Source of the DNA: Peptococcaceae bacterium
Lineage (GTDB): Bacteria > Bacillota > Desulfotomaculia > Desulfotomaculales > JACDOK01
Assembly: GCA_017656185.1 (NCBI GenBank)
Contig: JACDOK010000008.1
Location: 2,093 to 66,092 of the forward strand
Length of the DNA stretch: 64,000 bases
Direction of reading: 5' to 3'
Shown: positions 49,704-57,959 of the stretch, in pieces
How the letters are laid out: each line of letters starts with the position of its first letter
How positions within the stretch are numbered: position 1 is the stretch's first letter
Translations under genes and position numbers: made by a program
The notes under the pieces: generated by a model
The model's input: only the letters and a program-made list of their open reading frames with translations
Database searches by the model: none
What the model was told of the DNA's origin: nothing

Positions 49704-50297
49704 CTATTGTTTTACACGACGCTTTTTATTATGGTTTATTTGTTTCCTGCCCCAGGAAAACATTTTCTCCCAGCCGGCCATCAGTTTACCGACAGCAAAA
49801 ACAATATCGTGTGAACGCTGTACCGCTACCTTCTTCCCCCAGGCTTTACCTGCTACAGTTAAGGCTGCGATAAGAGAAGTAATGGCTATATTTAGCATGA
49901 ATATTTTGAAATTAGGATACATCTTTATCAGCTGTGCGATAAGAGAAATACCTAAGGCACCTGCCACAATACCGGCGATATCGCCGATAACGTCCATGGT
50001 AATATTGGCTACCTTGGGGGTGTTCCGGACTAGATAAACAGCGTGCGAAGCCCCAAACACTCTTTTTGCTGCTAAAGCGTGCAATGGAGCGTGACGTGCC
50101 GCAGTAGTCGCCGTACCTACAATATCAAATACTATTCCCACAGTAATTACTAGTACAAGAAAAATAAGTGATAAGTATAAGTTATCCAACCGGTGTATAA
50201 TTATTTCGGCTAAAAAGGCAAAAACGGCGGTGATAACCAGGGTTAAAACGCCTATAAGTAATACGTGTCCCCTAAAACCACGGGAGTTCCCGTTCAA
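49704..50297 (-). CDS. oapA: OLE-associated membrane protein OapA-like (about four predicted TM helices)
   Basis: 197 aa, ~21 kDa, hydrophobic with a basic tail. TTG start with a GAGGTG SD immediately 3' of the large ncRNA and upstream of dxs. That is the position reported for oapA in OLE loci (from memory). Confidence 0.65.
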   Translation of the reverse strand: MNGNSRGFRGHVLLIGVLTLVITAVFAFLAEIIIHRLDNLYLSLIFLVLVITVGIVFDIVGTATTAARHAPLHALAAKRVFGASHAVYLVRNTPKVANITMDVIGDIAGIVAGALGISLIAQLIKMYPNFKIFMLNIAITSLIAALTVAGKAWGKKVAVQRSHDIVFAVGKLMAGWEKMFSWGRKQINHNKKRRVKQ

Positions 50298-50334
50298 AAG
50301 CTACACCTCACGCCGTTAGGAGGAAAGGCAAGCA

Positions 50335-50918
50335 GGGCAAGTGACAGCAGACCGGATAAACATTGTAGCTTAGGTCCAGCAGGTTTTCCCAAGTAGTCAC
50401 CTGCCGTCGCCGCGCAGGCGGTTTCCCTTTGAGACTACTCCCGGCCCGTTGCCGAAACCGGAGCTGGATTGCCACTTAGACTACACCGTAATCCCCGATC
50501 TGCCTCTTAAGAACAGCCTAGGGGTTTTCCCCGACAGAGCCCTCTTTTCCTAGCCTCTTTTGCAGTAATGGTTTCAACCAGTGTCTCGTAAGAGAGGGCC
50601 CTCTCGTACGAAACACCTTTTATGGTATCCACCATTACCACTCAAGGCAGGCTACACTGCACGCAGCTTTTCCCCACGTACAGGTTTAATCCCAAGCCAT
50701 AGATTGCTTTACGGCATCCACGCACTTGGGTCTCCGCGGTAACAGGGTCAAGCACCCACATGCCTTTGTGGGGTGCCCTATCACCTTAACTCCCAGTACC
50801 AGCCCCCGACTGGGCGTCGACAGCCAGCACCAGGAACTTCATCGATGTGCCCTTAGCGGATTTTTAGGCCCGCTTTCGGAAAAAAGGACTTCTGACTAGG
50901 ATACTGCGTCACTTGCCC
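50335..50918 (-). ncRNA. ole: OLE (ornate, large, extremophilic) RNA
   Basis: The 704-nt gap (50298-51001) has no ORF of 60 codons or more in any frame. A terminal helix, GGGCAAGUGAC(-)GCAG at 50918-50904, pairs with CUGCUGUCACUUGCCC at 50350-50335. Many internal helices are visible, e.g. GUGUUUCGUACGAGAGGG/CCCUCUCUUACGAGACAC and GCACCC(C)ACA/UGUGGGUGC. The ispA-[RNA]-membrane protein-dxs context is canonical for OLE. Confidence 0.75.
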
Positions 50919-51001
50919 AAGTGGTTTACTATGCGTAAATAATCATAGCATATACTACGATCTTAAATCAATTACCGTCAGCTACATCCATCGTTAATAG
51001 T

Positions 51002-51892
51002 TCAAAATTTCCTTGTCTTGCAAAAATACGCTGCGTGTCGCAAAAAATCAGCTTCCGATCCGAAATCAACCAGGGCGGTTATAGCACTGTCCAAGCATTT
51101 GTGAGCACGCACCCTGGATTCATCCACCCCGAAGAGAGAAACATAAGTAGTTTTAGCGTTACGGGCGTCGCTGCCAACTGTCTTCCCGGTCTTTTCAGGA
51201 GATCCTTCCACATCAAGAATGTCGTCAATGATCTGGAAGGCCAGACCGAAGTGCTCAGCAAAGGTCGTTAATTTACGCAGCTTATCCTCATCGGCTCCAC
51301 CTAAAATAGCTCCGGTACGTACACAAGCACGAAACAAGGCACCCGTTTTGGTTCTATGAATATAATCTAGCGTTTTTTCGTCTGCTTCCTTGGGAAGCAA
51401 CGTAAGATCAATGACCTGTCCCCCGATAAGGCCCATTGTTCCGCAAGCGGCAGCGACTTCCTGCACTACTTGAAGGACTTTCGCAGGCGGTATAGAAAAC
51501 TCCGACCCTGCCTGGCTTAACAGGTCAAATCCCAAAGTCAGCAAGGCATCCCCGACCAAAACAGCAATGCCTTCACCGAAAACGCGATGAGTGGTGGCCC
51601 GGCCACGGCGAAGATCACTGTTATCCATCGCCGGTAAATCATCATGGACCAAAGAATAAGTGTGAATCAACTCTATTGCACACGCCGCCGGTAAAACGGC
51701 ATTGCTGTCGCCTTTTACCGCTTCTGCAGCAGCAAGCGTCAAGGCCGGGCGAAGCCTTTTGCCACCGGAAAAGACACTATATCGCATAGCACGATGAATT
51801 AATTGAGGGTAAGTATTTTCTCCAGGTAGGTAACGATCAAGGGCACCATTAACAAGATGCGCTTTTTCAGCCAGGGCTGCCAAAAAATCCAC
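51002..51892 (-). CDS. ispA: farnesyl diphosphate synthase (polyprenyl synthetase)
   Basis: 296 aa with the first Asp-rich motif LVHDDLPAMDNSDLRRG and the second, FQIIDDILD. Confidence 0.93.
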   Translation of the reverse strand: MDFLAALAEKAHLVNGALDRYLPGENTYPQLIHRAMRYSVFSGGKRLRPALTLAAAEAVKGDSNAVLPAACAIELIHTYSLVHDDLPAMDNSDLRRGRATTHRVFGEGIAVLVGDALLTLGFDLLSQAGSEFSIPPAKVLQVVQEVAAACGTMGLIGGQVIDLTLLPKEADEKTLDYIHRTKTGALFRACVRTGAILGGADEDKLRKLTTFAEHFGLAFQIIDDILDVEGSPEKTGKTVGSDARNAKTTYVSLFGVDESRVRAHKCLDSAITALVDFGSEADFLRHAAYFCKTRKF

Positions 51893-51895
51893 GGC

Positions 51896-52087
51896 CTAAC
51901 TTTCCTCCATTTCCAGAACCTGAATCCTTTGCTCCGCCTTTTCCAAGAGGTTGTGGCAGTGTTTGCTTAGTCTAACGCCTTCCGCAAATAAATCAAGAGC
52001 TTCCTCAAGGGGTACTTCCCCTTTTTCCAAAGCATCCACCACTTGTCCCAGACGGGCCAGTGCTTCTTCGAAACTCATCTCGGCCAT
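51896..52087 (-). CDS. xseB: exodeoxyribonuclease VII small subunit
   Basis: 63 aa. [27 protein letters not shown] is the typical XseB sequence. Confidence 0.92.
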   Translation of the reverse strand: MAEMSFEEALARLGQVVDALEKGEVPLEEALDLFAEGVRLSKHCHNLLEKAEQRIQVLEMEES

Positions 52088-52110
52088 ATTTACCCTTCTC
52101 CCAATATTCT

Positions 52111-52746
52111 TTATTTTCCCAACCGTTGATTAACAATTTTCAATCCCTCAACTTTTAGCTTGGCCGCCTGTTGCTCTAATTCCTTTTTATCGTAACGTAC
52201 TTGCCGGGCATATGTTTCGTCTTTGACCATAGGGAGATTGATATCAACATTTAGCAAAGCACTACCAAGAGCGGCATCTGCCAGGTATACAGCTACACCG
52301 GCGTCGCTAATGGCATTCTTATTACCGATAGACGCAACTTGACCCGCTAAGCGCAATGCCGTTACACTTGCACGGGCTATAGCCATAGGTACTTCTATGC
52401 AATTTTTAACGGCTTCTTGGACCGCCTTCTGACGCTGTTGTTTTTCTTCCTCAGAGCTCCGGGGCATTTTAAAACATGCCATCAGATTTTCAAAAGCCGC
52501 CATATCAGCCTTCATTAAATTTTCAAATTCTGCGCCAAGGCTGCGGGTTTTTCCCAGGATGTTCCGGCATTGTGACTCTACCCCGGCGTACCTTTCTTTA
52601 CCTATCGTGAGACTGGCAACCATGGATACCATCGACACCGCTAGTGACCCGGTCAGTGCCGCCACACTACCCCCTCCGGGGGTTGCATCGGAAGATGCCG
52701 CTTTATCAAGAACCTGTTTGAGTGTCCACTGCATTATATCTTTCAA
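52111..52746 (-). CDS. fchA: cyclodeaminase/cyclohydrolase family protein (FchA-like methenyl-THF cyclohydrolase)
   Basis: 211 aa. [27 protein letters not shown] matches the FTCD C-terminal domain. Confidence 0.8.
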   Translation of the reverse strand: MKDIMQWTLKQVLDKAASSDATPGGGSVAALTGSLAVSMVSMVASLTIGKERYAGVESQCRNILGKTRSLGAEFENLMKADMAAFENLMACFKMPRSSEEEKQQRQKAVQEAVKNCIEVPMAIARASVTALRLAGQVASIGNKNAISDAGVAVYLADAALGSALLNVDINLPMVKDETYARQVRYDKKELEQQAAKLKVEGLKIVNQRLGK

Positions 52747-52762
52747 ATCGACCGATCCCCTT

Positions 52763-53614
52763 TTATTTTTTGTTTTGCTGACGTCCTACTGCCCGTAACA
52801 AGTTTTTGAGCAGCAAAACAGTTGTTAAGCTGCCCACACCGCCCGGGACCGGCGTAATGGCAGACGCCAAAGGCTTTACCGAATTAAAATCCACATCGCC
52901 GCAGATTCCATTCGGACCATAATTAATACCGGCATCAATAACCACTACTCCCGGGCGGACCATATCACCCGTTATAAGACCGGCTTTCCCTGCTGCCGTG
53001 ATCAGTATGTCGGCCTGCCGGGTTTGTTTGGCCAGGTCGGCGGTTTTGGTATGACAAACAGTAACGGTAGCATTTTTTTGCAGCAGCATAAATATCAGGG
53101 GTTTACCCACTGTTTCACCACGACCTATCACTACCGCGTGTTTACCACAGATTTCAATACCCCACCGCTCCAGTAACTCAATACAACTGCACGGTGTGGC
53201 CGGGAAAAGGCCCTCTACCCCTGCCATTAAATAACCCCTGTTTAAGGGGTGTATTCCGTCAACATCCTTGTTGGGAGCCAAGCGTTCGAAAACACGGACA
53301 CGATCGATATGCTCGGGTAACGGTAATTCAACGATAATACCGTGCACACTTTGATCGCAGTTCAAGGAATCAATAAGAGACAAAAGTTTAAATTCCTCGG
53401 TGGCCGCCGGTAGTTTCATTATTTCGAAAGCGATGCCGACCGCATCACAAACACGACCCTTGGCTTGGGCGTATGCTTCTGCGCTCTTGTCATCCCCTAC
53501 CAAAATGGCTACCAGTTTGGGAATGACGCCTTTAACACGCCATTCGTCAACCTCCCGCCGTATTTCCTCTTTGATTGTGACTGCTGTCTGTCTGCCGTCA
53601 ATAATAACTGTCAA
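52763..53614 (-). CDS. folD: bifunctional methylene-THF dehydrogenase / methenyl-THF cyclohydrolase
   Basis: 283 aa with GRGETVGKPL, PGGVGSLT. The TTG start overlaps the xseA TGA (TTTTGA). Confidence 0.94.
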   Translation of the reverse strand: MTVIIDGRQTAVTIKEEIRREVDEWRVKGVIPKLVAILVGDDKSAEAYAQAKGRVCDAVGIAFEIMKLPAATEEFKLLSLIDSLNCDQSVHGIIVELPLPEHIDRVRVFERLAPNKDVDGIHPLNRGYLMAGVEGLFPATPCSCIELLERWGIEICGKHAVVIGRGETVGKPLIFMLLQKNATVTVCHTKTADLAKQTRQADILITAAGKAGLITGDMVRPGVVVIDAGINYGPNGICGDVDFNSVKPLASAITPVPGGVGSLTTVLLLKNLLRAVGRQQNKK

Positions 53615-54852
53615 AACCTCCGCCTCCCGTTAGTAAGGATAGACTTTAACGATTGTCTCATTTGTCCCGTCACCTTGCAGTGGAGCCCGCCTTCAGACAA
53701 CCATATCTTGATGTCCTCACCAGGTTTAACATCGTCGGGACTACGTACAACCTCATTTCTAAAAGAGTAACATATACTGTAGCCCCGCGCTAGAGTTGCC
53801 AAAGGGCTCAATGCCTCCAACCTCCCGCTCAGTACAGACAACCGGTAGGCGCGCTGCTGCCAAAATGACCGCATAGCCCTGCGCAGGCGATCATCCAAAC
53901 GCTCCAGTTGCTCACGGCGCCGCGCGATTATAAAATCAGCCGGGCGCTGCAAAACAGAGCTGCGTGCCATACTGCGAAGTTCAGATTTTACCCCTCGCAC
54001 ATAGGCAGACATAGCCCTTTTCAGCCGCCCTTCAAGAATATTGACATAGTTAACCACATCCATCTTGTTTGGCGTCGCTATCTCTGCCGCAACCGACGGG
54101 GTTGCCGCCCTTTTATCCGCCACCAAATCAGTAACGGTGACATCTTTTTCGTGCCCGACTGCGGAAACAACCGGCACCTTGCTGGCATAAACGGCCCTTG
54201 CTACCGCTTCGCTGTTAAAAGCAGCTAGTTCCTCAGGGGAACCTCCCCCACGACCTACTATAATAACGTCCACCAGGCCCGAGTGCGACAGGATGTTAAT
54301 GCCACGGGCAATTTCATAAGCTGCCGTTTCTCCCTGGACGGTTACCGGCGCTATGTACACCCGGGCCTGCGGCCACCTGTTGCCCAATACCGCCAGGATA
54401 TCTTTAACAGCAGCACCTACCGGGGAAGTCACAATACCGATACTCTCGGGAAAACGTGGTAAAGCCTTCTTTCTGGTCTGGTCAAAAAGCCCTTCTCGCT
54501 CAAGCTTAGCCTTCAACTGCTCCAGATTTAAATGGGCTACGCCCACACCCTCGGGTTCCACATATGCAGCGTAAAGCTGGTATTGCCCTTCACGTTCGAA
54601 TAAACTTACATAGCCCTGAGCTACCACCGCCATACCGTCCGCCAAACGGAAATTTAACCGCCTGGCCTTGGAACGGAAAATGACTGTCCTAAGCATGGAA
54701 ACATTATCTTTAAGGGTTAAATATACATGGCCGGAAGGATGATAGTGGCAGTTGGTAACTTCTCCCTTAACCCATACGTTAGCTAAATAGGGATCGGCAT
54801 CTAGTAATTCTTTGATATATTGTGTTACTTCACGAATTGTCAAAATCCGCAT
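53611..54852 (-). CDS. xseA: exodeoxyribonuclease VII large subunit
   Basis: MRILTIREVTQYIKELL start at 54852. OB fold plus the catalytic region GRGGGSPEEL. The track's 23-codon extension overlaps nusB. Confidence 0.93.
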   Translation of the reverse strand: MRILTIREVTQYIKELLDADPYLANVWVKGEVTNCHYHPSGHVYLTLKDNVSMLRTVIFRSKARRLNFRLADGMAVVAQGYVSLFEREGQYQLYAAYVEPEGVGVAHLNLEQLKAKLEREGLFDQTRKKALPRFPESIGIVTSPVGAAVKDILAVLGNRWPQARVYIAPVTVQGETAAYEIARGINILSHSGLVDVIIVGRGGGSPEELAAFNSEAVARAVYASKVPVVSAVGHEKDVTVTDLVADKRAATPSVAAEIATPNKMDVVNYVNILEGRLKRAMSAYVRGVKSELRSMARSSVLQRPADFIIARRREQLERLDDRLRRAMRSFWQQRAYRLSVLSGRLEALSPLATLARGYSICYSFRNEVVRSPDDVKPGEDIKIWLSEGGLHCKVTGQMRQSLKSILTNGRRRF

Positions 54853-54889
54853 AGAGAACTCCTTAAAAGAAACCCAAATAAGTGCAGGG

Positions 54890-55324
54890 CTACCTGTGTA
54901 CGGCAGCCCCTTTATTGACAAACTTCTCTTTATTTTCCATAACCTTACCGAGAATCCCGTTTACAAAGCGCCCCGACCGCCCTGTACCGTATGTTTTTGC
55001 CAGTTCGATAGCCTCATTTACGGCCACACTGTCGGGAATATCATCCCTAAACAATATTTCATATAACGCCAGTAGCATTATATTGCGATCAGTTTTGGCC
55101 ATACGTTCCGGACGCCAATCGTGGCTGACCTTAGCCAGAATGTTTTCCAAGTAGGGAAGATTGGCAGTAACGCCGGAAATCAACTCGGCTGCAAAAGCCG
55201 CATCTTCATCATTGATACTGGTATACTTTCTACTATGTTCTAAAGCTTGGTCCGGAGTTGTTTTAGTAAAATCCATTTGGAAAAGGGATAAAAAAGCTGT
55301 TTCTCTGGCACTTCGTCTACCCAA
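54890..55324 (-). CDS. nusB: transcription antitermination factor NusB
   Basis: 144 aa with RRSARETAFLSLFQ and AINEAIELAKTYG. Confidence 0.94.
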   Translation of the reverse strand: MGRRSARETAFLSLFQMDFTKTTPDQALEHSRKYTSINDEDAAFAAELISGVTANLPYLENILAKVSHDWRPERMAKTDRNIMLLALYEILFRDDIPDSVAVNEAIELAKTYGTGRSGRFVNGILGKVMENKEKFVNKGAAVHR

Positions 55325-55330
55325 TAAAAC

Positions 55331-55549
55331 TCACCTGTGTTTAGAAATTAATTTATTCCATAATTTGCTCCAATCTACCTGCTCATCAATACGCCTACCT
55401 ATAAAATAGCCTATAACTGCTGAAAGAAATACAAAAAGGGCTTTCCAAAAACCGTAGGTAATCGCAAACCACCCGAAAATAAGCCCTACCACAATGCCGC
55501 CAATTTTCCCAGAATGCTGTTCCAAAAATTCCAACCACCATGGATACAT
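55331..55549 (-). CDS. DUF2273 small integral membrane protein
   Basis: 72 aa with two TM helices (GKIGGIVVGLIFGWFAI...). Member of the asp23-amaP-DUF2273 cluster. Confidence 0.7.
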   Translation of the reverse strand: MYPWWLEFLEQHSGKIGGIVVGLIFGWFAITYGFWKALFVFLSAVIGYFIGRRIDEQVDWSKLWNKLISKHR

Positions 55550-55561
55550 GGGTTCACCTCA

Positions 55562-56098
55562 CTACTCGACACGCGGCTTGGTTGTTACGATGTTTTCCAC
55601 CGCTATCTTTATAGTGTCTATCCTAATACCAATCACATCCAATATTTTATCCTGCACTTCTTGTTGAATCTCTTTCGACATTTCCGGAATACTCAAATCG
55701 GGGGCTACCAGCATCTTTATCTCAAGACCGATATTTTCAGCATCATATAATACCTTTGGCTTAACCTCTTTTATCCCGGGTTTCTGCGACACCACTTTGT
55801 GAACCAGGCTCTCAACTGCCTGTAATGAAACCTTTACCTGTCCTAATGCATTTTCCTCCACAATGGCATGCTTGACGGGTTTCTGCTGCTTCCGGTTGAA
55901 AACACTAGCCCAAAGCAGTCTAATACCAACCAAAAACAGAAGGCCTGTCCCAGTCAAGAGCGCTTGTTTTTGTTGTAAAATGTCATCAGCTAAACGTATA
56001 ACCGGATCCCAACCCAGATATACTAACACGGAAAACACCAAAGCAGCTGACACAGCTAAACTATATATTGCCACCAGACCACGGTCAAAGGTCCCCAT
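55562..56098 (-). CDS. amaP: alkaline shock response membrane anchor protein AmaP-like
   Basis: 178 aa with two N-terminal TM helices then a soluble domain. Directly downstream of asp23. Confidence 0.6.
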   Translation of the reverse strand: MGTFDRGLVAIYSLAVSAALVFSVLVYLGWDPVIRLADDILQQKQALLTGTGLLFLVGIRLLWASVFNRKQQKPVKHAIVEENALGQVKVSLQAVESLVHKVVSQKPGIKEVKPKVLYDAENIGLEIKMLVAPDLSIPEMSKEIQQEVQDKILDVIGIRIDTIKIAVENIVTTKPRVE

Positions 56099-56131
56099 GT
56101 GCTGCCTCCTAAGCCCAACGCACCAGTACGC

Positions 56132-56521
56132 CTAATCACCTTTCTTTTCTTCCTTAGGAAAAGCTACTCCCTGCACATGCACATTTACTTCCAGTACCGC
56201 CAAACCGGTCATATCCTCAACAGTCCTCTTCACATTGGATTGGACCTCACCGGCAACATCAGGGATTCTTACTCCATACTCGGTAATAACATAAAGGTCT
56301 ATTCTCGCTTCTTTTTCCCCTACTTCGACCTTAACACCTTTGGACAAGTTTTTTCGTCCCAGTATCTCGGCAATCCCACCGGGTAAACCGCCGCTCATTC
56401 CTACTATTCCAGGAATTTCGGTGGCCGCCAACCCGGCAATGGTGGACACCACTTCATTGGCAATACGAATGGTGCCCAACTTGCCTTGCGTTTCTGATAC
56501 CGCCGTATTCCGGTAATCCAT
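56132..56521 (-). CDS. Asp23/Gls24-family envelope stress protein
   Basis: GTIRIANEVVSTIAGLAATEIPGIVGM is the Asp23 signature. The ATG at 56521 is better spaced from the GGGAGG SD than the track start 56530. Confidence 0.88.
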   Translation of the reverse strand: MDYRNTAVSETQGKLGTIRIANEVVSTIAGLAATEIPGIVGMSGGLPGGIAEILGRKNLSKGVKVEVGEKEARIDLYVITEYGVRIPDVAGEVQSNVKRTVEDMTGLAVLEVNVHVQGVAFPKEEKKGD

Positions 56522-56549
56522 AAATACCATTACCTCCCGGTTTGTTTCG

Positions 56550-56578
56550 ATTATACCTAATGGAAAAAACTAGCGCAA
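56550..56578 (-). promoter_or_regulatory. sigma-A-type promoter for the asp23-amaP-nusB... unit
   Basis: TTGCGC-17 nt-TATAAT on the minus strand between accC and asp23. Confidence 0.55.
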
Positions 56579-56595
56579 CTAATATATGCCTTTAC

Positions 56596-57933
56596 TCATA
56601 GACGCCGCTGTACAAAGTTGGTATATACTTCACCACGTCTGTAGAACGCGTTATTCAACACACGCCGGTGAAAGGGTATGGTTGTAGGAATACCTTCAAT
56701 AACGAATTCCGACAAAGCACGATCCATTCTGGCTATAGCCTGCTCCCTGTCTGGCGCCCAAACAATTACCTTGGCAATAAGAGAGTCATAAAACGGTGGC
56801 ACGACATAGCCGGGATAGACAGCGCTGTCTACCCGCACTCCTGGGCCCCCGGGGGGGATGTAATTTGTAATTTTACCCGGGCGGGGTACAAAATTATGAT
56901 ACGGGTCTTCGGCATTAACACGACATTCAATGGCCCACCCGTTAACCTTAATGTCTTCCTGTTTAAAGGACAGCTTTTCACCGGCAGCGATCTTGATTTG
57001 TTCCTGTACCAGATCGATTCCTGTTACCATTTCGGTCACTGGGTGTTCGACCTGAATGCGAGTATTCATTTCAATAAAAAAATAATTGTTCTGCTTATCA
57101 AGCAGAAACTCAACAGTGCCGGCATTAGTATAACCTACAGCTTGTGCCGCCCGCACCGCCGCCTCTCCCATTTCACGACGGAGTTCCGAATTTAGTGCGC
57201 TCGAAGGGGCTTCTTCCAGTAGTTTTTGATTGCGTCTCTGGATGGAACAATCCCGCTCTCCTAAATAAACCAACTGTCCATAGTTATCCCCTAAAACCTG
57301 TATTTCAATGTGACGCGGTTCCTCAAGATATTTTTCCAGGTAGACCTCCGGACTGCCGAAGGATTTTTCGGCCTCAACACGTGCGGTATCTACTGCCCGC
57401 ACCAAGTCTTCCCTACTGTGGACAATACGCATACCGCGTCCACCACCACCGGCGGATGCCTTGACGATTACCGGGTAACCAATTTCAGAAGCAATTTTTA
57501 AGGCCTGGTCGGAAGTTTCCACGACGCCTTCGGAACCCGGCACCACTGGCACACCGGCATCCATTACAGCTTGACGGGCACTGGCCTTGGCACCCATTTT
57601 CTCCATTGCTTCAAAAGGCGGGCCAATGAACACCAACCCTATGCTCTCACACATCTCCGCAAAGCGACTGTTTTCGGCCAGAAATCCATATCCGGGATGG
57701 ATGGCTTCCGCTCCGGACAGTTCCGCCACACTGATAATGCTGGTGAAGTTCAAATAACTCTTTCCCGGATCTGCAGGACCTATACAGTAAGCCTCATCCG
57801 CCAACCGAACCGGTAAACTATCTTTATCTGCTTCCGAGTAAACTATAACGCTCTGGATACCCAGTTCACGACAAGCACGTATGATACGTAAGGCTATCTC
57901 TCCCCGGTTAGCAATTAGCAATTTATTGAACAT
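56596..57933 (-). CDS. accC: biotin carboxylase (AccC / pyruvate carboxylase subunit A type)
   Basis: 445 aa. [25 protein letters not shown] and the ATP-grasp motifs. Confidence 0.94.
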   Translation of the reverse strand: MFNKLLIANRGEIALRIIRACRELGIQSVIVYSEADKDSLPVRLADEAYCIGPADPGKSYLNFTSIISVAELSGAEAIHPGYGFLAENSRFAEMCESIGLVFIGPPFEAMEKMGAKASARQAVMDAGVPVVPGSEGVVETSDQALKIASEIGYPVIVKASAGGGGRGMRIVHSREDLVRAVDTARVEAEKSFGSPEVYLEKYLEEPRHIEIQVLGDNYGQLVYLGERDCSIQRRNQKLLEEAPSSALNSELRREMGEAAVRAAQAVGYTNAGTVEFLLDKQNNYFFIEMNTRIQVEHPVTEMVTGIDLVQEQIKIAAGEKLSFKQEDIKVNGWAIECRVNAEDPYHNFVPRPGKITNYIPPGGPGVRVDSAVYPGYVVPPFYDSLIAKVIVWAPDREQAIARMDRALSEFVIEGIPTTIPFHRRVLNNAFYRRGEVYTNFVQRRL

Positions 57934-57959
57934 AGACTACTCCTTTACCTATAGTTTAA

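Noticed and set aside
50298-51001. The ORF-free 700 nt as a decayed pseudogene or mobile-element remnant.
   Set aside because: There are no terminal inverted or direct repeats and no transposase-like fragments in any frame. The region shows extensive self-complementarity with a terminal closing helix and sits in the conserved ispA/dxs context, which fits a structured RNA better.
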